Part shown: piece after piece, positions 36,743-53,404 of the stretch
How the letters are laid out: each line of letters begins with the position of its first letter
How positions within the stretch are numbered: position 1 is the first letter of the stretch
Assembly: GCA_030141605.1 (NCBI GenBank)
Contig: JAQGDQ010000207.1
Span: 325,501 to 389,500, forward strand
Direction: 5' to 3'
Origin: Tubiluchus corallicola
Lineage: Eukaryota > Animalia > Priapulida
Length of the DNA: 64,000 bases
Translations under genes and position numbers: made by a program
Notes under the pieces: generated by a model
Told to the model about the DNA's origin: nothing
Databases searched by the model: none
What the model saw: only the letters and a program-made list of their open reading frames with translations

Positions 36743-37171
36743 TGTGAAACGCTGTCCGATTTGGAAGTCTAACACACATATCTACAGGTATAATAATAAC
36801 AAGATATATATCACCTGTAATTATGCATAAAAACTTAAATCCTACCCATAATTGTGTAAGCTCAATCCATTGTTATACACTCTAGTCACTGGATGTAGGT
36901 ATCACAGCTTTATACAATAAGCAGCTCCACCAGTCTTACTATTAGTTTAATTACTACTACAGAGGCAATTTGATTTCACTCTTTGTTTGTTGATGGAACA
37001 ATGGGCATTCTGATGTCTACCTATAGTTCATGTGTTCTTCCTGGTCACTGTTCTCACAAAATCATTACTACTTGTTAAATTCAGTTAAATTAGTAATCAA
37101 TTAAAGTTTACAATGTTAGTATCACTATAATATTTCTTTTTTTAAACTGTATCTAAGTTTTGTATTTGTCA

Positions 37172-37395
37172 GAACGGGTGGCCGAGTGGTTAAGGTAACG
37201 GACTGTGGGTGCTTCTCTGCTTGCAGCCCGAGTTCAAATCTCACGACCACCTGTATGGGTGCAAACAGTTGTTATCTGTGTTATTTATTTGTGGCATCTC
37301 AGCGTTATTGTATTCAATAAGAGTCGCTTATAGTAGCCTATGGCTAATGACGTCTGTTGCCCCAGCATCTGTAAATAAGTCTCTTTGTCTTTTTT
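37172..37395 (+). mobile_element. tRNA-derived SINE (or tRNA pseudogene head plus tail)
   Basis: Pol III A box TGGCCGAGTGG (37179-37189) and B box GAGTTCAAATC (~37230). The acceptor stem does not pair. About 140 bp of non-tRNA body follows, ending in a T-rich tail. Confidence 0.6.
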
Positions 37396-37756
37396 TGCTT
37401 GTTTTGTGTTTTGTTTTGCTTGTTATATGACACTACTATGACTAGTAAACTTAAATAAATAAAAAGAAAGCAATTTTATTTGTTAACACATACTAAAAAG
37501 AGGAAAGAAAATGTGTAGTGTAGACCTACTTTGAAAATTAATTCATGGATCTATTTTCAAGAAGTTTTTTAGTACTGTGGCCCTCTTGTAAATTTAATAT
37601 GTACATTGACAATGTTGTCATATTATCTAAATTAACTTAGTGCAGATAGTCAAGTGATTGCAGTTAGAGTAGCTTCACAGTCTAATTTCGACGGACTTGG
37701 GCCTAGAAATAGTAAAATTATAGTTACTATAATTTTGTAGATCTAGTATTCTAGTT

Positions 37757-38223
37757 CAAAGGTCCTCAAACTTTTTTAAACTACCCCTTCATGGAATCCT
37801 TGATTTCTCGGCGACCCCAAGGTATGTTTTTTTGTAAGTCCCCCAACGGCAAAAATGTTTCATCTGCCATCCTATTGACTGTTGGCCTGGCGCACTACCA
37901 ACACAGCAGTTAATAGTTTGCAAATAGGTACCTACTATAGAAGTGTACAGCAGAAGGTGGCATTTAAATTTCAAATTCTACAAAAATTAGATACCGTATT
38001 CCAAATAATGTGTGTAAATTATAATTATATTTAAACTAGAAACATGTATCAGCAAGTTATATTTCATGTACTATTATTTCTTATACGAATGTCGGCTTTC
38101 GATCCCAAAACTACAAATGGCTTGGCATTTATCGACCCCTTTTTTACCCCCAGACATTTATCGACACCTTGGATAGTCCCATCGACCCCCAGAGGTCAAT
38201 ATTGACCACTTTGGAGTCCCCTG
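37757..38223. mobile_element. hAT (Charlie-like) MITE
   Basis: Ends CAAAGGTCCTCAAAC and CTTTGGAGTCCCCTG, 8-bp flanks TTCTAGTT and ACCTAGTT, internal repeated CGACCCC motifs. Confidence 0.7.
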
Positions 38224-38754
38224 ACCTAGTTGCTTTAACATTTGTTAATAATTATGCTATTTCATGATGATTCTCATCAATATAACGCATGATATTGTAA
38301 ATTGTAATTTTAGTGTGTATATTTAAAATTCTCTTCTAATTTCACTAACTGCATGGATCTTTATGGAAACGTTGATTACATACAATTTTAATGTATTTAT
38401 GTAAAAAATAAATTTCTATCTATCTATCTACCTGGGGCAGCAGACCCGTTGACCCATATGGTCCTTAACTGTGCCCTATCTTCTGCACCATAATATGTTG
38501 TCTTCACCAACAGTAATTGTTGATTTGTTGCATTGTGTTTGTGAGAAGAAAAATAAATTATGCCTACGTAATTAGTATTCATAAGAAAAGTCAGTACAAC
38601 GAATTAATTATTATAGCTACAACGAATTAAAATGAAACGTAAATATCATATCAGATTTAATCTTTAGTTGGTATGTGTAGGTTGAAGGGGTGATGAATGA
38701 ATGTAAGTTATCATAATCCTTTTTCACAATCCTTTTCATAATAATTTTGGCTTC

Positions 38755-39130
38755 TTAAAGCACAAGAAAACCCTCCACTTATATAAAGCTTAAAAAATTT
38801 GTGTCAAAATTTTATACCACTTACATACTAACTTTTCATATGCATGGCTTGCATCAGCCATAACGCTGTATAAAACATGTAAATTTAAACTCCCGTGATG
38901 ACCGTTAGGTGCAGCCATTTTGATATGCCAGTCATTTGAAACAAGTTCTGATAACATTAAGTAAAGTTTGAAAAAGTTCAGAGCATTCGTAGCATACATG
39001 TTGCTAATTAAGTAAAATTTTAAATTACTGTATCTTGTCAATAAGATTAAAAATACATTTTCGGCTAGTGAGTAGCGCACCCTGGAGGGTAAGTCAGCCA
39101 ATTGGCACAAACATTTTAAATTATTAGTCT
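38755..39130. repeat. Interspersed repeat; second copy at ~59460-59830
   Basis: Shared blocks AAAGCACAAGAAAAC, GCTTAAAAA.TTTGT, TGTTAGG..CAGCCATTTTGA, ATTTGAAACAAGTT, G.GCACCCTGG. Confidence 0.7.
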
Positions 39131-39379
39131 AGCTACATGAGTCTTTCCAGCAGGTAAACGGAAAGCTAAATAATACAGATTTGCACGGAAAATCTTTTGG
39201 GAAATATAGTTAACAATGCCTTTTCTTCCCCTGGTTTACGTTTGCGTAGTGATGTCATGTAATGGCGCCGTCGTAACAGTATCATGGGAGATTTAAAATG
39301 AAAACAAACGAAAATTCCTTTCAACGCATAAAATTGCTGTAAAGTAATATAATTTTTTAAGGCGATTTTTCTGAAACCT

Positions 39380-39740
39380 ACTTCAGGTACCCCTTTTCTT
39401 GTCCTTTAAAGCATGACTATCGTGAAGCCCTCAATCTAAAGAGGTTTAAATTCAGTGCACTAACCACTCTTTCCGGCAAACTATTCCATTTGTTCACTAC
39501 GCGGTGTGAAAAAAATGAACTTTTACAATTAGTTCTTGCATACGGTTTATACAATTTCTTAGAATGATCGCGAGTGGACAGCAGAGGTGCAGCCTTAAAT
39601 AGTGTACTAGAACTACTACAACTAACTAATGCCTAATGGTTGTCTCCATTTATGTACTTGAAAACCTCATACACGTCAGCTGTTTCTCTTCTCTGTTGGA
39701 GTGAACAAATCTCAGTTTCCGTCAGTCTGACGAGGCTACA
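39380..39740 (-). mobile_element. CR1-type LINE 3' fragment
   Basis: The minus strand encodes SLQQRRETADVYEVFK and FFSHRVVNKWNSLPERVVSA, which are CR1 ORF2 C-terminal motifs. Confidence 0.75.
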
Positions 39741-40161
39741 TCGAAAATATTACTAGCACTAGTATCAGTTGTAGTAGTACTATATATATATACTAGTATA
39801 CTATTACTATTATTAGTATTACGAATATGGAAAAGTTTGCAGTAAAGTGATATAATTATGAGTATACAATTTGTGAACTTAACCTGAGCGCCTTTATTCT
39901 ATGCTCTATGATGTATATTACATTTTTGAGAATAATACACGTCTATTAAATTGGAAATACAATTTTACATAATTATATTACAAAAACAGCAAACGCTCTG
40001 ACAGCTCCGTCATTATTTTACCACAATCCTTCACGATTCCGTAAACAAGTGAGCAGCTACATAAAAGTTGCTTAGAGACAGAATGGAAATAAACAAATGG
40101 AAACAAGGGGCCCAAAAAGGATGAAAACACTTTACGTGTTTCAACTTTACTTAGAAACATT

Positions 40162-43100
40162 ATGGGATGTTACTTCTCAAGAAATCGAGATAATTCGCTC
40201 GTACCTGTTTCCTCTGAATTAAGTGAACCAAGACGGTTTGCCCAGAGAACCGATAGAAGTGCTGAGGTACTACTGACATTAATTTCGCTTTTTGGGGTAT
40301 TTTGCAAATAGCACTATAGATATTAACGAGGTTTCGCAAATGCACAAAAACGAATACATAATAACAACCACTGTTTTTGTTCATCATCCGTCTATGTAGT
40401 ATCTAGGAAACTCACCTTAGATGCAAAGGCACTATATAATAAAACATCCTTTCATATTATTATACCAGCATTAATTTAATTTCAATTTATCTTTCAAATT
40501 GAATAACTCAGCTGGCTACATTGCTTTGGCACCGAGCTCTCAATTTGCTTTTGAAAATACTAACATATAGGGCACTAATCACATTGTCTGGCTAGGCAAT
40601 TCCAGCAGTGAATAACTCTTTTTGTTAGTGCCTATTATGTTAGTAGTAATCATATTAATAGGACATAATAGATAGATCGCAAGCCGCGTTTAGCCCATCC
40701 CACCTTGACACATAACACACATTTTCACAAACACTCACTCTCTGCAAGTCACTACAGTATATAAACAAGCGTGAAAAACATAGAAAATGGGTGAATTTTA
40801 AGTGATTTATCAGTGATTCAGGAAAATATATCGTGCTACAAACCAAGCTATAAGAACTTGTCTAGTAAATCCTTACAAAGAGGACTTAATTATTATATGG
40901 AAAGATATGCTCACTATATCAAGATTTATTGCAAAGTTTCAAACATAGTTACAATAAAAGTGCTAATTATATTAAAAGTTACAAAAAAGTACTAAAGTAA
41001 CAAATATGAAACGGTGTGCTAACTTTGCTTTACATGTTGTGTTGTAATGCAATTTTTTAAAACACTTTTACTTACACCAAAAACAAATTATTTTACTCTT
41101 TTGATTCTAACATAAACACAAAAACTGAATAAATTAAATAAAAAGTCAAGTAAGTTAGCCCAGCTGAACTATTTAACTATAATACTATACGCTCAGTTAT
41201 ACTCAACCAACTAAATTCTATTTTTTGCTGTACAGTACCTGTAATATCTTGTTGCAGTGCGTTAAGTCTTGATTTAGCAGGACACATTCTACAAGCAGCC
41301 AGCAGTAATAAATAATAGTACAGTGTAATAATAAAACACTAGAAAACTTCACTTTGAGCAGACATGATTTTTTATTAATTTTTAATGGGTTGAGCTGTTT
41401 GAGTGGCCTCCCGCATGCTCTGACCCAACAGTGACACTTGCCTAAGTCTTTTTTCGGTTGGAAAAACTTATAAGGAACTCCAAAATATTTGTTAAAAACT
41501 TAGCTTGAAATTATAATTACAGAATCGCTCAAAAAGAAAATAAAGAACAGTGTTTTTCATAACTATTGTAAAAATATTATTAAAGTTACTAAGCATTCTG
41601 TGGCCAAAGTTGGATATGCACTATTGTTCAGCATCTGATTGCAGCATGCTGATGAAGATACCCTTTTAATAAATTCTGATAATCTGGCTATGTGTAAACT
41701 CAGTTTATCTATTTGACAGGTAGATAACTAAAATTATAAACATATACAAAGTGAGTTACACTTAATAAACTCAAATTTAAAAAGCTGTTACCAAGTAACC
41801 TTTGAGACAGACTTGGTAAATGTAAAAAGAAGTAAACCGGTTGGTATGAGAAAGCAATGAGAGGTTATGAGATAGGTGGTATGGGAATAGGAATTATGTG
41901 CTAATCTAAATTGTATATGTTTAAGTAATAAGTAATATTAGTAAAAAAGGTTTGTTTGCATAAAGTGAAATGTGTTAGCTTATAATTGTTAGCTCGAGTA
42001 GAATACATGTATGTCTCTACCAAAACAAATCAAATTTCCAGCACTCTAGTTAGTTGAATTTAGCTTGTAATGCTTTTAATCATTCTTGCTAACAAATGGC
42101 ACACTATACATATAGTACACTATTACTTGCATTATTTACAAACTATTTTAGTATAAGTTTATGTTTAAGTTTATTGCCATAAAAACATTACATTCATACA
42201 TATAATATAGAATTCACATTAGTAAATATAAATAAAAAAGAAAAGAAAAAAATGAATGTGTTAGTAAATAATAAAATTTACATAAAAAATACAGATTTGC
42301 AGGGTTGCCACAGAATTTTAAAATAAATTTCACTGACTTTCCATGACCTTTCCCTGACAAAATATTGATTTTTCATGACCAAGATAAGCAGAAATTGTAT
42401 TACCAGTATACACATTCAAACATTTTTGTGTATAGACATTCATACATATACTGATATATAATATGTCGGCACAGTTGTAGTAGTGCTAACGAAATTACAC
42501 TAATTACATTAAACAAACTTTCTTAATCCAATCATTATTTTTGAACAGTAATCAAAACTGGGAGCCTGCCATTGCAAAATTTCATTTCAACACGAAATCG
42601 CTGAAAATATGTTCGGAAAAATATCGTTCACAGTGATTATTTTTGCAATCCTTTCCAATTTCCCTGACTTTTTGCCCCATTTTCATCATTTTCCCTGACT
42701 TTTTATCAAATTACCTTTTTCTTTGATTTTTCCATGACTTTCCAGGATAGGCTATATTTTCAAGGATTTTCCTTGACCATGAGAACCCTGGTTCTGGTAA
42801 ATAAAATACTTTACATTTAAGTTTCACCATCTAAATTCAATAATAAGCAAAAAAACGTAGCATGCATACAATTATCATTTTATTACTTATTAGGAGATTT
42901 TTCAAGAACAGAGGATCAGGAAAACAGTACTTGAATATCGACGTAAAAATTTATTCCCCGACTCGTGCATTGATGAGGAATCTCTCAAATCAGGAACATC
43001 GACTCGATATCCTTCACGGGATCCATCACGACAGCCATCATTAGCAGGTGAGAAAACATCATACATGTGACATGGTTTCTGTATTGTGCAAATGCTGTAC

Positions 43101-44520
43101 TTTAGTTATTTAACAATGTGTTTGTGCGACATGCTGATTTACAATTTGGGCTAGGCTAATGAAGCGGTATTTGGATGTTGTGGAGCAGCACACCATCTAG
43201 GTCCATAACATCTTGCTCAGAATGTCTTCCAACGTTTAAGCTCCCACTGTTGTTATTAGCTGAAAGGTGCTCTAGTTTCTGTGAATTTATAACAAATTGC
43301 TCTTTTTAATTTTGGGTGTATGTTTGTTATTGCTGATCCAATTTTTCATTGAATATTGTTGAAGTTTTACAATATGCTTTAAGGTTTATTCGGAGAAAAA
43401 ATTACAATGCAATATAACAACCAGAAAGTTGTCTATTAGCTCTTTTGTAGCTACCCAGATTTGCTGAAAGCTTCGTAACTGATACAAAAATTAGGACATA
43501 CTCAAATTGCTTTGGAGTCGAAATAACTATAATTGACAATACTTACTGGTAAAAACAGCTGTAAATGTGGTTAAAACGTAACATTCTCAGTTATCATACT
43601 TTTCACAAACTGTTTTATATTGCCATTTAAATCTTACTTCCAATTGGTGTGAGTTACATATGTTTTTACATTGGCATTGTCAAAAAATATATAGCTTTGT
43701 AGGTATTCACGATTCACCAACTTTAAATCAAACTATAATTGCAGGAGATCCTGCACAAGCAGGTAACAAAACTCAGCGAAAACAAAGTGAAGAGAGTCAG
43801 AAAAGTCAACAGCGGAAAAGTGTGGAAGAATCAACAGCAGTAGTACCTGATGGCAAGCAGCAAAACTTATTGACTCCTGATTACTCACCTGCTGTTAAAG
43901 ACAAGAGGAAAACGCCGGGTGAAGTGCCAACTATAACCATTCAAGTGCCCTCTGAAGAACACTTGAATAGTGCTCAAGCCAGCAAGCAGAACTTAGACAT
44001 TGAGAATTCAGCAGATGTTGCAGCTGTGACTGTTGAAAAGCAGAAAGAAGCATCTGTTAAGACTACTAAACAAAAACTGAAAGAGCTACCCAGAGCAGTG
44101 AAAGCATCAGTTAAAAGCAGCATACCAAATGTAGGCACACAACGGCCTAAGTCTTCTCCGGAAGTCTTAGAGCAGTTTGATATATCTCCTGAAGACATAA
44201 AGCGGTGTGCACTGTCTCCCACGGATACAGTTCGTGCAGACTCTCTACCAACTATTGAACAGACTCATGTGCCATCTATTAGTGAGGACTATGATGGTGA
44301 AATGGCAGAAAACAATGAAGACTTGACAGTCAAGATCGAAAACGATGACAAGGAAGACAAACCTGGTAGTTCAGTAGCAACAAGTTGCACAAACAAAGAC
44401 AGAAAAGATGGCATGATTAACAATTCGGATGAACAAGCTACAATAGCAAACAAAGACCAAATAACACGTCGCAAGAAAGGAATCAAACGGAAAAAATTCG
44501 TCAAAAGAAAGTCACACTGA
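40162..44520 (+). CDS. Uncharacterised 358-aa disordered protein with N-terminal myristoylation/palmitoylation motif and polybasic C-terminus
   Basis: Exon 40162-40266 encodes MGCYFSRNRD...SAE with donor GAG|GTACTA. Exon 42894-43047 has TAG| and CAG|GTGAG. Exon 43703-44520 ends in TGA. Phases 0 and 1 join in frame (1077 nt). Exon 1 is the least certain. Confidence 0.7.
42300..42790. mobile_element. hAT-like MITE (CAGGGTT...AACCCTG)
   Basis: Short terminal inverted repeats and repeated TTCCCTGAC subterminal motifs. An inverted half-copy lies at ~55236-55446. Confidence 0.7.
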
Positions 44521-45079
44521 AGGACAACTTATTCGCACTTCCAATCCAAATTTACTGCCAAAGAGAATCAGAGTTACAAATAAGAAGAATCTTGGAAAAT
44601 AGTAATATAGGTGGGCCGTAATAGAGAGTGAAGATCTTTAAAGTGTTGGTTAATGTAAAATGAGATGAAAATGGCATTACAAACTTTCAAAATAGATGTG
44701 TGCCTCTATTATTTTGAGTTTAAGACAATGAACTCAGCTTATCAGTGTGGTAAATTGTATAACAAACAGGCAAAGAAAGCAAAAAATATCAGAAGTGAGA
44801 CTAGTGTTGTGATCAAATTTAAATTAAGCATTATAATCGCTAGCGTGTATAACACGGGTAATTGTAGGAAACAAAGAGCTTTTGTGTATATATTTTTAAT
44901 TTATTAAATAAAGACAAAAATAAATCATTTGAATGATGAAGTTAGGTCAACTGGAGTTCAAATATGTTTTTAATATAGAGCAAATTTATGCACATTAACA
45001 CTACTTTATTATAAATCCATTTTACTAACGAATTCCCTTCATGATACTGTTATACTATCACGATTAGTGGTTGAGTGAG

Positions 45080-45430
45080 TACTCTCATAGAAACCCTTAT
45101 TTTTTCACAAAGTGATCATCGATTAAAGATTTAAACTTTACTAGGGTTGGTGCGGCAATCACCTTGGCAAGCAAATTATTCCACTCTTTCACTTCTCTCA
45201 CAGTAAGTGAATATGTACGACGTCGAGACGTAACTGCTCTTTAAAAAGTTTTAAACCGTGTCCATTAATTTTTGAATCAACAACTAAATTAAAAATTTCC
45301 AGGCAAAATGTTTTCTTTCTTAGTCAGTAATTTATGAATCTTTATAAGATCTCCAAAGTTGTCTTATTTATTCAAGCGTGGTCAAATGGCAATACTTCAA
45401 TCTTTCTAAATATGAGATTTTTACAACCAA
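45080..45430 (-). mobile_element. CR1-type LINE 3' fragment (decayed)
   Basis: Minus-strand GDLIKIHK and TVREVKEWNNL..VIAAPTLVKFKSLID. Confidence 0.6.
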
Positions 45431-47219
45431 ATATTGTAATGGCACAGGATGTAAAAGTTGACAAGCCACACAAACTGCATTACGGGGCTGGCTGGAAACT
45501 CTTACCCAACTGGTGGACGTAGTCCACTGGTTACTTATTGTGGCAGAAGGACAAAAAAGTTTTCTTAAAATATTTTTCTCAAAAGTTTAATAGAAAAAAC
45601 TTTTCCTCTCTTTATTAAAAAGGCAAACTGTTCTACTTTTTAATACACATGAAAGTTACAACATAATTACTACTTGAGGTAACATTTTTTCAGCGTGGCT
45701 GCATGCGCTGCAATTTGTCCCTATGTATATCCGCTATAGCGTCATACACAAAAACTTGGTAGTGGTAGGTGTTGTGCAAAATTATTATACAGTAACTGAG
45801 CTATTATAGTAGCAATCTTCTTCATCCTATAAATAGGTTTGCTGTTATAAAGATAAGATATATTGATTTTTGCAGTAGCACAGCTAGCCTTCCAAGCCCT
45901 CACAATTTAAGGTACTAAAATTCACTACATAAAAATTCAAACTTAAAAGTGTTATCTTGCGACTCATTGATTTGTGGTTGACTTCAAATTATACTATTAC
46001 AGTTACTCTAGCAACTCGCGCTACCACCTAGTCACCAACAAGTACGAGTCATGTGGGTGCTAATATCTTGAAAACTTCACTCCTTAATTAATTTTTGACC
46101 CCCCAAAGAACTCTTCAGTAGTTAAGTAACATCAGACATAAGAAGTGCCTACATGGGTGAGATATTTTGCAGAATTATTCTTTCAAGTTGTGCCCTGTTA
46201 AAGTGATATAAACAGTGAACCAAACAAAATCAATGGGTCCTTTTAGTATAGTTCTAAGAAATTCTGTGGAACAGTACCTAACATAAGGCAAAATTATCTT
46301 GCTAAGCATCACAGTTTTACACCACTTATTTCCATGTGTGCTTATTGTGTATATAGATTACTATTAATACTATGAGTGAGTGTGTAACAATCACTAAAAT
46401 AATGTTTAAAGATAGCAGCTGTATTTAGCAACGGGAATACATGTAAGTGGTGAAAATTCTAACAAAATTCTCATTTTAGAAGACAATATTTTCAAATCTT
46501 CGTAGCCATTTTCTTTGCTGCAACACCTAACCGCAACTATCTTAACACTAGATATATCTCTTTACTTGGTCCATCACAAGAACAACAACTTTTAGTCCCT
46601 GGGACATTTGTAAGATTTTTGACCCCTGTGGGATTAAACGAGGTTATTGGACTAACAGTCAGATCACTATATATTTGCTGAAGTTTAACAAATTAATACT
46701 ATTCACATGCGAAAACTTTTAATTTTCAATTTGTCCTAAAAAATAAAATATTATTAACTTTGCACCATTCATCAGAGAAACAATAAATGGCATTTACAGT
46801 CTTTGTACTGGTCGTTAGTTAACAAAAAAGCAAATATGAGAAAGTTCATATTACAAACATGAAAATATTGCAAATTCACAAGAAGAATGCTATCATTAAA
46901 AGAAGTACACAAAATTAGAATGTAACTTGTCTATTCAGCAAAAAGACCACAAAATGATGTTAAGAATTTAACACCAAAAATATAAAAATGTCTCATAGTG
47001 ACTTATAAAGCCAGAGCAGACAAATTTTACAAATGAAAACTAATTGTATTTTACTAAGCCAGCCATTGAGATTTTCTGGCTGAATGGAAGTTGAACGCAT
47101 CCATTTTAATAAAATTTGATATATTAGCTACACATGTTTGAGCTGTGACAAAAACAGATAAAATCATAAGATGTGATTTCAAAGATGTCACCTCCAATCC
47201 CAACAAACTCTGTACTTAA

Positions 47220-51556
<4,337 letters not shown>

Positions 51557-51697
51557 ATCTTCTTAGGCTAGCAGCTTAGCGTCAGCTTTCGTTCTGCCCC
51601 AGTCATACGATTTTCAGCCACTGATCCGATGACAACTGCAATATTTTTTAAACTAAACAACGGGATACTTTTCAAAAGAATATTATTTCAACAAAAA

Positions 51698-52020
51698 TTC
51701 TTCTTCTTCAAAATCTCATTCCACCTGTTGTAGGCATTGAGGTATCAACATTAATCAGAGTATTCCACGCTCTTCTATCTGCAGCTAACAGCGTAAGTTC
51801 TTCTACTCCTAAAGCTACATTTGGTTGAAGTTGTTGAACATCTTTATTTATCTTAGTTGTTTTAGGTTTACCAGGTGGCTTTTTTCAATAGATTAGCAAT
51901 GTCAGTTTTCGGCATGCATTTTTTATCAATATGAAATATCTTTAAAAATTCTTCTGTTTGAACCAAAATTTCGAAGATTTTTCTCATTGCTAAGTTTGGC
52001 TCTTTAAAAAGCTGAAACAG
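51698..52020 (-). mobile_element. RTE-type LINE 3' fragment with (GAA)n tail
   Basis: Minus-strand KKPPGKPKTT...KD...EELTLLAADRRAW followed by GAAGAAGAAGAA, matching the RTE C-terminal GRPK..W / A.DR..W pattern. Confidence 0.6.
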
Positions 52021-52339
52021 CTAGCAAATAAGAAATTTGTACTTAATTTTTACAATACAACAAGATATGTAGCAAAACTATAACTATAAACACTGAGTGA
52101 TGGTTGTTAAGGTGTAAAAATGTCACACCGCTATTAATTAATGTTGGAGAATTACTACTACTAATTAAGACTCCCCATTTGAGGCATTTCAGGTTTATTT
52201 CCCTCTCTCTTCCCCTTTCATGTTTCTGAAGTCCGGTGCTATAAAGAGATTTGACTGTATTGTAATTATAGCAATTATATATGTATAATTAGCTAATAAT
52301 AAATAAATAAATAATAATAAATAAATAAAGTAATAAATA

Positions 52340-53212
52340 ATAGGTTGTAAAAATACTTATTACAACCACTAATAACAGTTCAGAATAAAATAGTTAAATA
52401 CATGACTTTCGTCAATTACAGAAACCATGCAACACCATCGTACATACACCTTAGTTTATTGAAAATAGAAGATATTTATAATCTTGAATTATTTAAATTC
52501 ATGTATAAGTATAATAACCGGCAGTTGCCTGAATTATATACTAACTACTTTACCTTAATCAAAGATGTTCACTCTCACTATACTAGGTCTTCAAGTATGG
52601 GACACTATTTTCAAACACGATTTAACACAGCGTATGGCTTAAATACCTTACAGCACAGTGGAGTTATTTTGTGGAATAGTGTACCCAATACAATCATTTC
52701 CTCTCCTTCTTTACAAATAGCTAGCAAACAATATAAGATATTTTTACTTAGTAAATATTCATTGGCGTACAAAACCAGAGCTTTTTGTGCACGTGTGTCT
52801 TTTGCTGTAATGTTTTTCTTTTACTAATAGATACCATTACGACCTTTGTTACTTTATTAGTAAAAGGTATAAATCAATTTAAATGAAATTATTCATTCAT
52901 CGCAGCCTATATCAAAATCGTAATTACATATTATGTTTTCCTTACGTTTCCTTGCTATTATTACATCATTTACTTTATTTCAAAATTATTTCAATATTTA
53001 TATCAAAATCGTAATTCCATATCATGTTTTCCTTATGCTTCCTTGCTATTATTACATCATTTACTTTATTACATCAATTTCATTGAGTTATCTACAAAAG
53101 CACGCATAACTTTAATAATTTTTTCATTTTCATTTAAGTAAGGTGAGTGTGTTAATGACCGTATGGTCGTACACTCACCTCACACTACTCAAATCATTTT
53201 ATTTATTGTTTA
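52340..53212 (+). mobile_element. L2/Crack-like LINE 3' fragment with 3' UTR, internal 91-bp duplication and terminal stem-loop
   Basis: ORF 52402-52827: LSLLKIEDIYNLELFKFMYK...HSHYTRSS...GVILWNSVP. Duplication at 52908-53070. Hairpin GGTGAGTGT...ACACTCACC at 53141-53180. Confidence 0.75.
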
Positions 53213-53404
53213 TATATGTGTACAATATTGTATTTTGATATGTGAAATAAAATTCATGGTTCATAGTATATGTGTATATACATATATGCATGCACACACA
53301 CATGAGTATATGTGTGCATATAATAGTCTAGTATAAAATAACACTTAAAATAAAATAATAATATTGTGAAAACATAAATTTTCCATAGATTTTCAATCAC
53401 TGGA

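Noticed and set aside
37172-37252. Functional tRNA gene (GTG in an anticodon-like position)
   Set aside because: The acceptor and anticodon stems do not pair properly and there is no immediate poly-T terminator; better explained as a SINE head.
39724-39754. Hammerhead-like AGT-CTGACGA-GG..TC-GAAA-ATATT-ACT
   Set aside because: Stem II is only 2 bp, and the CTGACGA lies at the edge of antisense CR1 coding sequence; probably chance.
40822-40995. Possible extra exon of the scaffold gene (CAG|GAAAAT...)
   Set aside because: No convincing donor before the stop codon, and the composition is unlike the flanking exons.
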